Positions 25,581-39,497 of a stretch of 64,000 nt of DNA are shown in pieces; the stretch's first letter is position 1; each line of letters begins with the position of its first letter. This DNA is from Eledone cirrhosa (Eukaryota): NCBI GenBank assembly GCA_964016885.1, contig OZ024741.1, forward strand, positions 146,506,001-146,570,000. Reading direction: 5' to 3'. The notes below the pieces were generated by a model that worked only from the letters and a program-made list of their open reading frames with translations, was not told the DNA's origin and ran no database searches. A program made the position numbers and the translations under genes.

Positions 25581-28500
25581 AATTACACTAAAGAAGAGTC
25601 AGTGTAACCATTTAAAAAATACACAAAAAATGTTAAATTCACTTTACATTTATCATTTATTTTAAATTTCCTTTGTCAGTGTCCACGTCACAAAGAGAGC
25701 AAAGTTTCACTGCAGACTATAATTCTTAATGTAATTGGAGAAACCATATTGAAGGAAAATGCTGTTTCTTACTTAGCACCTCTTAATCGTTAAGACATAA
25801 TTCCAAGATTAAGATATTTATTATAAGTGATATAAATGATATTGATATGCCCAATATGGAAAGAAAAGAACATTTACTGCCTTTGATTTTAATCAAAGAA
25901 TATTCTTAAGAACCATAAATTCTTGATTCATTTCAGCAAAGTGTTAAATTTAAAAAGTAATTGAAGATAATGATAATCATTTAAAATAATGATTTTAGAA
26001 ATTGTGAAATGATATTAGAAATTATGAGATATGAGCATCAATACTTTAAGTGAAATTCCCACTTGCTTAAATTATTTGATTAAATTCTAAATAACATGAG
26101 AAGATTCCTGTGTGTAGATAACATCTAAATGTTCTACTTTGCACTTAAATAATCAAGTAGGAAATTTAGAAGGTTATTCCAGCAAACCTGACACCAAGTG
26201 ACTGTCTATCAAATTGTCCACAACCAGTTAAATATAAGTACATATTTGAATGTACGAGTGTGTTTATATTCATATATGTGGTTTTCAAGTATGTATGATT
26301 GTGTGTGTGTGATGCTCATCAAATTTTATTAGTGATCTTTGATCCTTATATACCATGAGGCAAGAGGCGCCAAGGAAAGTGACTAGGTTAAAGAATTTAT
26401 GACATTAGCACACAAAATATTAAATAAAACATTGCATCACATTTCTGTTGATTCTGAATCTGTTTATTGCTATAGAGACAAATATGTATATATCTGTATA
26501 TACATACACAGAGAGATAAATATGTACATATATATATATACACACACACACACCCTATCACACAGTTTCAATTCAAGATAAACATAGGGAAATGTATAGA
26601 GAAAGAAAGAAAAAAAGAAAGAATGAAAGAAAGAAAAAAAGAGTTTCAAATCAAGATATATATTGAAAGATAGATAGAATGAGAGAGAGAACTAGAGAGG
26701 GGTAAGAAAGAAAGAGTTCCAGTTGAGGACATTGCTATATATATAAACAGGAGCACACACATATTTACACATTGGTATATGATCAGATAGACAGATCTAG
26801 GTTAAAGATAATGGATTTTTTCTGAGGCACACATCACATAATAATTAGAAAGTTCGTTAAGGCGAAGAATAGTTAATGATTGGAAAATCAAACAATAGGC
26901 AAAGACATGGCTGAGTGGTTAAAGTGTTTGCTTCAAAACCATATAGTCTTTGGTTGTTATCTCACTGTATGGCATTTTAGGGAAGTGTTTTCTACTATAG
27001 CTTTTACCTGAACAATGCCTTCATCATTTAACATTTGTTCTTCCATGCTTACATGGGTTACACATTTCATCACAGGCTGGGTACCTTTCCTAACTCCAAC
27101 TCTTTTACAGAGTGTACTAGGTGCATTTGTTGTAGTACCAGCACAAAAGAGGTTGTTGTGTCTTTGATACAACTGAAGAGTTCTCCGAACTCTTTGTTTG
27201 GCATGGTTTCTATGGCTGGATATCCTTCCTTAGGAAGTCATTGTAGTAACAGTAGAAGAGGCATAACATAGGGACAGTATATCTGTGAGTGGTTTTAAAT
27301 TGATGCTTTTTTTGTGTAGATCAGTATCTATCAATCTATGCAATAGTATCCTCCTGGGGTACTGTGAACACTGAGAATAGTTTTGTTAGAATCTATTTGG
27401 AAAGTGATTTAGTTATTCTATAGATGATCTTTAGTCCTTTTAAACCAAACTATTTAAAATCACCTCTGGTTCCGTGTAATAAAGATGTTTATTTTAAAAG
27501 GTTTATATTTATCTAAAAACCTTCCACTTATGAATTTGGCAGGACTTAGTAATATTGCATTCTCATAGAAAGTTAGCTATATTAGTAAATCCTTTCAAAA
27601 ATCTTGAATATTCTCAAAATTATTTGAAACCCAAAGGCAGTGTTTTTCATTAGAAATATGGTAATGAAAAGAATAATGAAAACATTAGCTACTTTTATTT
27701 CATTACTTTGTTTGTCCCCCACACCAAATAATCTTTGGACAGTGTTGTAACTGTCATGGAGAGAGGGGGATACATTTTGGTGCAATCAATATTTTGTTGT
27801 TGTTGTTGAATTATTTTTGTGTTGTTGTTTAAGATGAGAAGATATAATTGTATTAGTTTGTTTAAATATTGTTGCTGTTGTTACTCATCATCTTAATAAC
27901 AAAACAACAACACCACCATAAAATAATAGTTCTTAATTGCACCAAAAAGTATTCCCCAGTGACAAACAAACTGGCTCTCAATACAGCATCAAAAATATAA
28001 ATTATTCTGTGGCTACTTAGCGAAGTGATACTAGCTACAGTTTGACACAGTAGCACAGAATTATCAAAGATAATCATAATGAGCATTCTTATTTAGCAAA
28101 TTTTCAGATGAAGAACTAATTAAAACTAATTAAATATTATCAAAGATTAAAATTTTATTGATCAACACTTTATTTTATATTAACTTTCATCACACAGAAA
28201 AATGTATTCTATTAAAAAAAACTAAACTAGTAGATACTCTACCACACTTTTATTGGTTTCAGTCATTAGAATGCAGCCAAAAGAGGCTCTGGTTCTATGA
28301 AACAATCCATACATTTTAAAGGGGTTCTATTTAAATTGAAATCTTCCAAGTATGCAAGAACCATGTTTAGTTACTAATTTAGTAATAGAATAATAATATA
28401 ATAATTTTAGTAAATCCTTCAAAATTCTTCATTAATTAATTGAAATAGAGTGCATTTCTAACGCCACTAATACCACCCGCTTTAAAAGTGTTCATATTTA

Positions 28501-29339
28501 AACTAAAATCTTCTAACAATTTTATACAAGAACCATATGTTAAGTTACTATCTTAGTAATAAAATGATTAATTTTTGTAAACTCCTCAAACTTTTTCATT
28601 AATTAATTGAAATAGAGTGTACTTCTAATGAAATATGGTTACGAATGGGTTAATTTATTTTATACAGAATTCAGTTGAAGATAGAATTTTTTTATGCTAG
28701 GCTTTCGTTGAAATAAAGATTTTTTTAATGTAAATATTGGTGTTATGGTTATCATCATGAAACAAATAAGTAAAAAGGGGAGATGCTGTCAATACTCATG
28801 CAAATATTAGAAATATAGAGTTATCCCACCCATTAATAGTGAGCTGATATCAATGTGTTTATTTGGTGAGAAAATAAACTTTCTCAAATAAAGGATTCAA
28901 ACTTTCAAGAATGATTGAACATTTACAAACAAAGGAGCCAAATAAAGTAAAAGTGGATGTAGACTATTTCAGGAATAAATTTAAAAACTGATCTAAAATT
29001 AATGATTTGGTTGTAAAATAAAACAACCAATAAGAGAAAGTGTTAATATGCATCTTAAATTTTCTTGAAAATTTTTCACTCCAGGTAGAGCCACTACTTC
29101 TCCGGATTGACATATCACAGCTCCAATACTATGTCTCAGAAAAGAATCGCTGGACAGATTTTATGGGCAAAAACAAACTGGCGGGAGACCCATCAGTAGA
29201 TCCTGAGGAAGATAGTTGGATAATATCCATGAGCTTCGCTAGTCTTGCTTGCAGATCCGGCCAGATCAGTTGAAAACAGTTGCTTCTGAAAGGACCTGCT
29301 AGAAGGAGTGTTTGAAGACTCTGCCCTCAAGATCCTCTC

Positions 29340-29528
29340 AGGAAGAAGAAGAAGGAGGAGGAGAAGGAGAAGGAGGAGAAACAGCAGTGATGTGAATAAA
29401 GAAAAATGGGACAGTGTGGAGTATGAAAATAGGTTGAAATAGCACCAGTCATAGTTTGGTACTCACAAAACAAAGAAACAAATAGAAAATTATGGTTGGA
29501 GATTTGGGGATCGAAATTTGAAGAATTG
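29340..29528 (+). mobile_element. Second R4/Dong-like 3' fragment
   Basis: Aligns by eye to 24270-24420 (GAGAAACAGCAGTGAT...GGTTGAAAT...CCAGTCATAGTT...AAATTATGGTTGGAGATTTGGGGAT). Confidence 0.6.
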
Positions 29529-29721
29529 ACAATCATCATCCTCATCAGTTTACATCCGTTTTTCTATGCTGGATGAGTTTGATAAGTCTTTTCAGGTGAT
29601 GACAGTACCTAATCAGAGCTACTCTTTGCTTTGATGGACCAGGGGGCAATGTCTCATAGTTTTAGCATAGTTACAAGGGCTGGTTGCCCATTTTAATGAT
29701 AACCATGCTTTTCCAACAAAA

Positions 29722-31140
29722 GTTGGTGAAATGATAAATGATGTGACAAACAATTTTTGATAGCTTAGAAACAATAGAATTTTTATTCTAAACTTGCTGA
29801 AAACTTAATGTGAAAATGAATCTTTGTTATTAGCCTTTGTGTATTATTCAACAAAAAAAGATATGGAAGAGATTCTGTTTGCGAAGGAATCGAAAACTGA
29901 TATAAAAGTTGCTGCAATTTATAGAGTAGTTGAGGATTGTTTTAATCCCAAACCTGCACCAGTTCTATGATGATAAATTATTATTGTTTCAAACTATTCA
30001 TATTTAGTGGTAGCTGCGGTGCTGCTTGCATTGGTGCTGGTAAAAATAGTGGTGATAGTGTTGGTGATAGTAGAGGTGGTAGTGTTGGTGATGGTTGAAT
30101 ATATTTTCTTCACTCCTCCTATTATGTTTAATTCTTAACATCCTATACCACACGAAACAACATTAACAAGGCATTCTTGAAAGTACAAAACAGCACTATG
30201 CCTGCATCCTATTAAAAATATTATGGAATAATATCTTTAAACTATGTACTAAAAACCAGCATAACAGTGTGGTTAGTAATTTTACTAAATCTTTTCCAAT
30301 TACTGATTATTTTCCAAATAATTGGAAAATTATAGGCAGTGTTTCTCATTAGAAATATGGTAATGAAACAGTTATACAGGAAATAATCTTTTTCCTTAAA
30401 ACAGAACCTGATTTATACTAACACTTCCTATGAGTTAAACACCAGCATAATAATGTGGTTAGTTATTTTACTAAATCCCTTAATTGAAAAACAGAAATAT
30501 TGTAATTAAACTGTTAATGATAAATTGCAAGAGGGAGAGGGTTAATAAATAGAAGTCAAAAGCTTCAAAAGACTGATACTTTGGATCACTGTGACGACAT
30601 TTTATCAGATATATACAAGGAGGACACATTTTAGGGAGAAACTGTAATCTGTAGGAGGCATGTAGAACCCTGTTAATATTAGCTACTGAGAGGCTAAAAT
30701 CATTTAAAGATAAAAATAGTCCTCTGACAAATGTTATTGCATGTACAACCGATGGAACAACTATTATGATTGGTCGTCATTGTGGATTTACAGATCATTT
30801 AAAAACAGCAGCTCGAAATGTCTTTATGATTCACAGCATTATTCATTGGCAACATTAAACTACAAAACAAGCTACAGCAATAGATTACATGAAATTTTGC
30901 ACAATGTTATTAAAGCCGTGAATAAGATAAAAGCTCATTTATTGAATAACAATATTTTTCAGAAATATTGCCAGGAAAATGAACAAGAGGTTCAACTTTT
31001 CTTTTCTTAATTATTTTTTTATGCTACCCAAGGAAGTTCAATGGCTTTCTATGGGTAAATTCCTATGATCTTTCCAATATTAGTTTGGAACTTTTAAAGT
31101 CATGCAATGAGAAAATGTTTAATGAGATAGAAAACTAGAG
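29722..31140 (+). pseudogene. hAT/Buster-type (ZBED8/SCAND3-like) transposase relic split by a ~760-bp insertion
   Basis: 29722-29945: NESLLLAFVYYSTKKDMEEILFAKESKTDIKVAAIYRVVEDCF. Resumes at about 30703: FKDKNSPLTNVIACTTDGTTIMIGRHCGF...HSIIHWQH, then VIKAVNKIKAH and EVQWLSMGKFL. Confidence 0.8.
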
Positions 31141-31254
31141 CTTAATACAATTGAATAAAATCTCATGAAAGTGGAGCCCAAATATGACTGATTCCTATAA
31201 TAGATTTTACTCTTCATTCAATACCAAATTAGTCTTCATCAGTAACAACATTTC

Positions 31255-31294
<40 letters not shown>

Positions 31295-31654
31295 GAGTGT
31301 GTGTGTGTGTATTACAATATACCATAGAAACTATGTAAGTGAATTGTGGCGCCTGCCTTGTCCAGAAAGGCAGTAGATCCAATTAAGTATTATTTTGGTC
31401 TCTAAAGACTCATCCAAACCATTCCAGGATGGAGAAGCACAGGAAAAATGATGTTGATTGAACAATTACGAAGAGAAATTAGTGGGTTTATAGATATATA
31501 TACATATACATATTATGCAGATATATATATATATATATAGACATATTATACATATATATATATACATACATATATATATTACACATATATATACATATAT
31601 ATATTATACATATATATACATATACATATTATATATATATATATAATATGTATA

Positions 31655-31687
<33 letters not shown>

Positions 31688-31962
31688 GTATAGGAAGACG
31701 ATCGACTTTCGTCAAATCGGACCGAGGGAACAATGTTTCCGTTGGTCTTTCCAATTGCTAATACTATCTATCGGTCGCAACTCCAGGTAGAAGGAGCAAC
31801 GTGAAATAAAGTGTCTTGCTCAAGGACATAACGCATCGCCTGGTCCAGGAATCGAACTCACAACCTTACGATTGCGAATCTAATTCTCTAACCACTCAGC
31901 CACACACCTTCACTATGTATATGTATATATATATACACATATACATATATATATACATATAC

Positions 31963-32112
<150 letters not shown>

Positions 32113-32146
32113 CATATGTATATGTATATATATACATATACATATG

Positions 32147-32211
<65 letters not shown>

Positions 32212-32219
32212 ATATATAG

Positions 32220-34075
32220 TTCATCATCATCATCAGCATCGTTTAACGTCTTTCTTCCATGCTAGCATGGGTTAGACAGGAGTTGTCCCAATTCAGGCAA
32301 GATTGGTCAGGTGACTATCTGGCACGTTTTCTACAGCTGGATGCCCTTCCTAACACCAAGCATATTTACAGTGTGGACTGGGAACTTTTTACCGTGTTAC
32401 CTATACAACCACATTACAGCATGGACTGTATGTTTTTTTGTCGTGACACCTACACGATCTCATTAATTTGGACTGGATGTTGTGGTACCAACATAACTTT
32501 ATAGAGAAAGGGTAGTGTTGGTGGGAGTGGGAGGATGGAGTAGGGGTAGTGGGTTGGGGTGTATGTTTGGTTTGGTGGGGCCTACTAACTGTAGGTTAAC
32601 TTTGCATGTAGGTAAGGTGGGTCTTCTGTATTACTCTGTGGTGCCAAAGGTCTCGATCCAGTGACATTTTCTTAGAGAGGTACAAGTGTGCAAGGTCGGA
32701 ATTTATCATGTGGTCCCAGGTTTTTCTGTGTCTACCTAGTCCGTAGCTTCCATCAATTTTGAACGCTTTGCACATTTTTATACAGCTGTTGTCTTTCATG
32801 CGCATCACGTGATCGTACCAACATAATCTTCTCTCGAGTAAACAGCATCTGATCCCTCTTATTCCTAATTTCTCACTTAGTTCATTTATGTTTTACCGTT
32901 CACGCACATTACTATTACACATCTATCAGAGCAAGCAAGCATAATTTCTTTCTAATCTGCACAAGACTTCAGCACACAACGCCTAGGTCTCACTGAAATG
33001 TAATATCGCCATTTGTATACAAGCATCATACAATCTGCCTTTCATTTTCAGAGAGAAACCTTTTGTGGCCAACAGCGGTATAATGTCTCTGAACTTTTTC
33101 CATCCCGTTACCACTCTGGCTACTGTACCCTCAAAACACTCACCACCACTGCTGATTTTGTCACCCAGGTAACGGAAAGTGTCCACTATTTCTATAAAAC
33201 CATCTGGGCAGTAGAAGGAGCTAGTATCCTGTGGGCACTTGCTAATTATTGAACCTGAGCATCGGCCACATATAAAATCTACATTCTTAGATAGCTTACC
33301 TGTGATCCCACTACATCTTTTATGTACCCATAGTTTGCATTTTGGAGATAGAATGGAATTTCTACCTACTCCTTTCCTACACACTGAGCAAGGCCATTTC
33401 CCAGAGAGCACCTGTGCCCTATTCTCCTTTCTACATACTAGAACTTTAGTCTTAGATAAGTTAACTTTAAGGCCTTTTGATTCTAGGCCATGCTTCCATG
33501 TTTGGAATTTCTCCTCTAGTTCAGCCATAGATTCAGCTATGAGCCTTAGATCATCTGCATATAGAAGTTCCCATGGGCAACCAGTCTTAAACTCCTCTAT
33601 TATAGCCTGAAGAGCAATAATAAACAGGAGGGGGCAAATGACAGAGCCTTGATGAACACCGACTTTTATGCTAAATTCTTCACTATATTCATTGTTAATT
33701 CTAACTTTACTGACTGTTTCTTTATACATGGCTTGTATAGCTCTCACAAGCCATTCATCTACACCTAGTTTTCTAAGAGCCCACCAGATAATGGGAATCT
33801 GTCAAAGGCTTTCTCCAAGTCAACAAAAGCTAAGAAGAGGGGTTTACTTTTAGCTAGGTACTTCACCTGTAGTTGTCGTACAAGGAAAAGGGCATCTGTG
33901 GTACTTTTAAGTAACACAAACCCAAACTGCATTTCATCTAGATTAATTTGATCTCTGATTAGTTGTGCTATAACTCTTTCTGTGACCTTCATGACCTGGT
34001 CAACTAACTTAATGCCTCTATAGTTTCCCCTATCTAATGCATCTCTTTTACCCTTGTAGCAGTTATGATGATGCT
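32220..34075 (-). mobile_element. 5'-truncated RTE-clade LINE (reverse transcriptase with Cys-rich insert), frameshifted
   Basis: ORFs 33765-34103 (NYRGIKL...QFGF...FVDLEKAFDR), 32983-33747 (GVHQGSV..P, LLYADD, WPCSVC...HKRC...CGRC) and 32596-32808, followed by a 3' UTR and (GAT)n tail at 32220. Confidence 0.95.
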
Positions 34076-34162
34076 GCCATGCCAGACCTGGTATGACCTC
34101 CATTCTGTATTACTTATACTTATTATATATATATATATATACATACTATATATATATATACA

Positions 34163-34215
<53 letters not shown>

Positions 34216-34319
34216 GTATATATATATATATATGTATATTTATATATATACATATTATATATATATATATATACCTGAAATACAAAGTAAAACCTACTAC
34301 AGTCAGTAGGCATCTCTAA

Positions 34320-34875
34320 CATCCCCCCACCCCCACCCCATCCACACCGCCCCTTTCAATGTAAAGTTATGTTGGTGCCACAACATCCAGGCCGAAACAA
34401 ATGAGATCGTGTAGGTGTCACGACAAAAAAACACACAGTCCACGCTGTAATGTGGCCGTGTAGGCAACACGGTAAAAACCTCCCAGCCCCACACTGTAAA
34501 TGTGGTTGGTGTTAGGAAGGGCATCCAGCTGTAGAAAACCCGCCAGATAGTCCACGCTGTAATGTGGCCGTGTAGGCAACACGGTAAAAACCTCCCAGTC
34601 CCACACTGTAAATGTGGTTGGTGTTAGGAAGGGCATCCAGCTGTAGAAAACCCGCCAGATAGTCCACGCTGTAATGTGGCCGTGTAGGCAACACGGTAAA
34701 AACCTCCCAGCCCCACACTGTAAATGTGGTTAGGAAGGGCATCCAGCTGTAGAAAACCCGCCAGACAGTCCTATGCGAGCAAGACAACCACTCTTGCCTC
34801 AAGTGGGAAAACTCCCGTCCAAACCCATGCAAGCGTGGAACATAGACGTTAAACGATGATGTTGATGATGATGAT
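34320..34875 (+). mobile_element. RTE 3' UTR fragment containing a 3x 112-bp tandem repeat
   Basis: Unit AGTCCACGCTGTAATGTGGCCG...GAAAACCCGCCAGAT starts at 34437, 34549 and 34661; ends in (GAT)n. Confidence 0.85.
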
Positions 34876-34881
34876 ACATAT

Positions 34882-34913
<32 letters not shown>

Positions 34914-35414
34914 ATAATATACATATTATATATATATATACATATTATATATACATATATATCCATATTATATATATGGATATATATGTATATATAGGGA
35001 GACCATGAAAAACATGGGCGGAGGCGGTGCGAGCAGACCTCAGATTGCTGAAGCTCCCGGAGGAGATGACAAAGGTTGAATTTTCTCTCCTCCGCTTCCC
35101 TTTTAGCTAAGTATACCTGTCGCCTAGCTTCCCTCCTGGTCTCTATGTAATGTACCCTGCTTCGCCCGTTCTTCCATTCTTTTCATGCCTGTCTCTTAGT
35201 CTTCATTGCCTCATCTACCTTATTTTTCCACCACCATGTCACTCTCCTCCTCGTCCATCACCTTTAGTAAGTTATTTTTTAGGAACTCCCAGTCCTGAAT
35301 GTATATATGCATATATACATATATAATATGTATATATATATATACACATATACATATTATACATATATACACATACACATATTATATATACATACATATA
35401 CATAGTATATATAT

Positions 35415-35745
35415 CATCATCATTCATCATTTCATTTTACGTCCGCTTTTTCCCTGCTTACAAGGGTGGGACGGGAACTGATTCTGGCTTGATTTCTACA
35501 GCTGGATGCCCTTCCTAACACCAACCTCATTTACAGTGAGTGCTGGGTGGCACCTCCACGACCACTTTACAGTGGAATGATATGGACCCTAGTCCCTATC
35601 ATCTCATTTCTACAGCTGAGTAAACTGGAGCAATGTGAAATAAAGTGTCTTGCTCAAGGAAACAACACATCACCCGGTCTGAGAATTGAACTCACAACCT
35701 TTCGATTGCAAGGCCAATGCTCTAACCACTAAGCCATGTACCTCC
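35415..35745 (-). mobile_element. tRNA/CORE-like SINE with RTE tail
   Basis: Near-identical reverse copy of 23004-23344. Confidence 0.85.
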
Positions 35746-35814
35746 ACATTATATACTATGTATATGTATATATAATATGTGTATGTGTATATATATACAT
35801 ACATATTATATATG

Positions 35815-35989
<175 letters not shown>

Positions 35990-36130
35990 AGGAAAAGTGA
36001 AGTAATTTCAGATGTTCAAGTCCTTTAATGGTGTAATATATATTCCGAGGCAATCCAAATTCAATCGACATGGGAACAGACGAAGTGTGTGCTCTCGGGT
36101 TCTCGGAAACATAACCTTATTATGTAACAA

Positions 36131-36204
36131 GCTGTCTGACGATGTCGTGACACTGGCGCACGGAACAGTGTGGCCACTGTCACCATTGAAATATATTTCA
36201 CAGC
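36131..36204 (+). ncRNA. Minimal type I hammerhead ribozyme (family A)
   Basis: gctgt CTGACGA [45-nt hairpin, gtgacactggc/gccactgtcac] GAAA t-atat-t TC^ acagc. The 15.2-16.2 position is a U-U mismatch. The downstream tail 36211-36255 is inverted at 35985-36030. Confidence 0.7.
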
Positions 36205-36409
36205 ATTATTATTAAAGGACTTGAACATCTGAAATTACTTCGCTTTTCCTTATTCGATGTGGAATAAGTATGTTGAGTGCTTGAAATGAATTGCATCAAT
36301 GTTTACCTTAAGTATATATATATATATAGATGTGTATAATGGTAGCTAAGGTGCTTCCATAGGCGGTATGCCAAAATTAGCACTCGATATTCATCAGGGT
36401 AGAGTGTAG

Positions 36410-36502
36410 ATATTATAAAGAAAACGAAAAATCAGTGATGCATCTGGACTTAATTTATTGCAATAAATTAAGTCCAGATGCATCACTGATTTTTCGTTTT
36501 CT

Positions 36503-36511
<9 letters not shown>
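36410..36511. repeat. Perfect palindrome, 51-bp arms, no spacer
   Basis: ...CATCTGGACTTAATTTATTG|CAATAAATTAAGTCCAGATG..., centre at 36460/36461. Confidence 0.95.
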
Positions 36512-36543
<32 letters not shown>

Positions 36544-37217
36544 TCATCATCATCATCATCATCGTTTAACGTCCATGTTCCACGCTTGCATGGGTTTGGA
36601 CAGGAGTTTTCCCACTTGAGGCAAGAGTGGTTGTCTTGCTCGCATAGGACTGTCTGGTGGGTTTTCTACAGCTGGATGCCCTTCCTAACACCAACCACAT
36701 TTACAGTGTGGGACTGGGGAGTTTTTACCGTGTTGCCTACACGGTATATACATACTATTTAATATAGAAAAGCTGCTATAGGGTAGAACTGTTTCAATCA
36801 TGAGAAATCATCAGCTGACTGTCCAAGTAAATATGGTGGTATTTATATCTTTTCTGGTGGTAGAAGAGGGTGGGGATTGGGATGGGTGGAGGTCATTGGT
36901 TGATGGGTTTAAAGAAAAGGGAATTCTTTAAAAGCTAATTCTTTATAAGGTAAACAATTAAGTTAAAAATGTACATCCACATATGTATACTGAAATACTA
37001 GTATGCATATGATTACACACACGTATACATATGTAGATGTACCGAGTTTTTCACTGGTCACTTTACTTTGTCTTTATAAGGTAATTCTTTAAAAGCTATA
37101 TTTAGAGTAACAAAGGCAGAAATAATTATATAAACAAGTTCAAATTGGGTGCCACTCCTTATTTTTAAGGTTCTGTTAAGCTAACAATGCCTATATTTCA
37201 GGTGTCTACAAGTACAT

Positions 37218-37280
<63 letters not shown>

Positions 37281-37555
37281 AAGCCCTTACTCCCACAGAC
37301 TCACAAAACACACACTCTTATACCCATATATGTATTTGGTTAAACTTTAAACTGTTATTTTAATAAATATTTGCTCAAGGGTTCTTATATATTTTATATA
37401 TATTTATCCTTATCGAGCGCTCTTTGGATTTTAGTCTTCACATTTATTATTACGGCCTTTTCCATTATGAGTTCAAATCCCGCCGAGGTTAACTTTGCCT
37501 TTCATGCTTACGGGGTCGATAAAATAAAGTACCAGTAATACACTGGGTAATTTGA

Positions 37556-38955
37556 GAGTTAACCGCCAATAGATTCAAGCAGCGTTTTTACATGCATACC
37601 CATTCTTTTCGTTACCCTCTAAGAAGGAATATGACGTCACTTTCAGCTTATATATGGAGTCTAAAAGACAACCACACCCAATATAAGTTACACTGGGAGA
37701 TCCTAGCTAGGGCTAGATCGTATAACGGATATAAAAGACCATGCGACCTCTGCGACGCTGCGGCCCTGGAAATACTCTACGCCACAGACCACATCTTAAA
37801 CAAAAAGTCTGAGGCAATTTCGTCTTGTAAACATAAATTGCACAAAACTTTCCTGTATTACAGCCACACATTATACCCTAACGGATAGTACGACCTATAC
37901 GCGGATATTTTACGTCTTGATGTGGTAGCTAAGTATATGTTATGTTTATACCATTACTTATTTGTATAGGTAAGTATATATTACCTGTGTGTTTTGTGAA
38001 GGTACGTATACTTTCTCGTACGTATATTTGATTGTATATGTTATGGCGTATATGTTTATATATTCTGGTACATATGCTTTTGGTTATGTGTATACGTGAG
38101 TTTTGCGTCTGTGTGAGTATGCAGGTTCGTACGTATGTAGGGTGTGTGTATATGTGTACTTCGTGTTTTGGTTGGCGTACGTCTCCGAACATATGTGTAT
38201 TTACATGTAGGTATGTGTGTGCGCTTGTTATATACGTATTTATTTATTTATATACGTTTATTTAATTATTTGTATACACGCACACACACACACATATTTA
38301 TATGAGCGTGTATTTGTATACTTATGGCGAGTGTTTTCGCGTATGCTTGTGTATGTACGTATATGTATTTATTTAATTTCAATTGTCTTTGTATTTTATT
38401 TACTTTATTCTTAACTCTGAAGCCGAGAATCATTCGGTTTCCTAGTTAGAATTTTAGTCTACGACGTCAGTTATACCATTTACGTGGTTTTGTCTTTGCG
38501 TGCAATTTTTCTCCACGTATTATCTTCGTTTTTTCCGTTCATTGCCAGAGAACGTCTCTATGAACCACCTAATAGAATATTAGTCTACGACTTCTTTTAT
38601 ACCATAAACGTGGTTTTGTCTTTGCGTGTAATTGTTTTTCACCGCTCCAAATAATAACGTATTATATTCGTTTTTTCTCGTTCTTTGCCAGGGAACATTT
38701 CCACGAACCAAAGTATCGTCTTCCTGTCTTCCTCCGGTGGCACCGTTTTTTGAAATATTCACTTCTGCGTTCACACATTGACTTTGTTAGTTTCAGAAGA
38801 TCCCGTTAAGGGTGAAAGCAGCGATTCTTTGATCTGCAGCGATTCTTTAATCTGTTATTTTAATAAATATTTGCTCTACGGTTCTTATATATTTGATATA
38901 TATTTATCCTTATCGAGCTCTCTTTGGATTTTAGTCTTCACATTTATTATTATTA
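37556..38955 (+). mobile_element. 5'-truncated Penelope-like element: GIY-YIG endonuclease C-terminal half, 3' UTR and pLTR tail
   Basis: LTANRFKQRFYMHTHSFRYP...TSLSAYIWSLKD...WEILARARSY...CDLC...LNKKSEAISSCKH* (stop at 37888). Degenerate HHR at 38789-38835. The 3' tail is also present at 37340-37452 (+) and 39500-39645 (-). Confidence 0.85.
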
Positions 38956-38984
38956 CTATACATATATATATATATGTGTGTGTG

Positions 38985-39025
<41 letters not shown>

Positions 39026-39177
39026 ATATCATCATCATCATTGTTTAACATCCATCTTCCACACTAGCATGAGTTAAACGGTTTTGTTCCAGTGATCCGG
39101 CTGAGGCCATGGTGTGGCACCATATATACAGACGTATATATATATATATACATATATATACACACAGATATATATAT

Positions 39178-39235
<58 letters not shown>

Positions 39236-39238
39236 TAA

Positions 39239-39348
39239 ATTGTTCAAGACCCCGACGGCAGAGCTCACATGTTTTGATGGCTATTTCTGGACATATCCAG
39301 AAATAGCCGTCGAAACGGCTTGAGCTCCGCCGTCGCAGTCTTGAACAT
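39239..39348. repeat. Imperfect palindrome made of two hammerhead 3' halves (family H)
   Basis: CCAGAAATAGCCGTC GAAA CGGC-TTGAGCTCC-GCCG TC^ on plus, mirrored on minus. Same family as 54659-54752. Confidence 0.75.
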
Positions 39349-39433
39349 TTCTATTACTTACTCTACTACCCTAAGTATTGAGTAATCTGGTGCGTTATGG
39401 TCCGCCTGGTTCCTTACCACACTTCCTTCATTG

Positions 39434-39497
<64 letters not shown>

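Noticed and set aside
36340-36405. Minus-strand CTGATGA plus hairpin
   Set aside because: GGAA instead of GAAA and no stem I partner. At best a truncated relic.
37888-37930. Possible SECIS after the GIY-YIG stop
   Set aside because: Lacks an intact RUGA core and apical AA, and no in-frame UGA is seen in the fragment.
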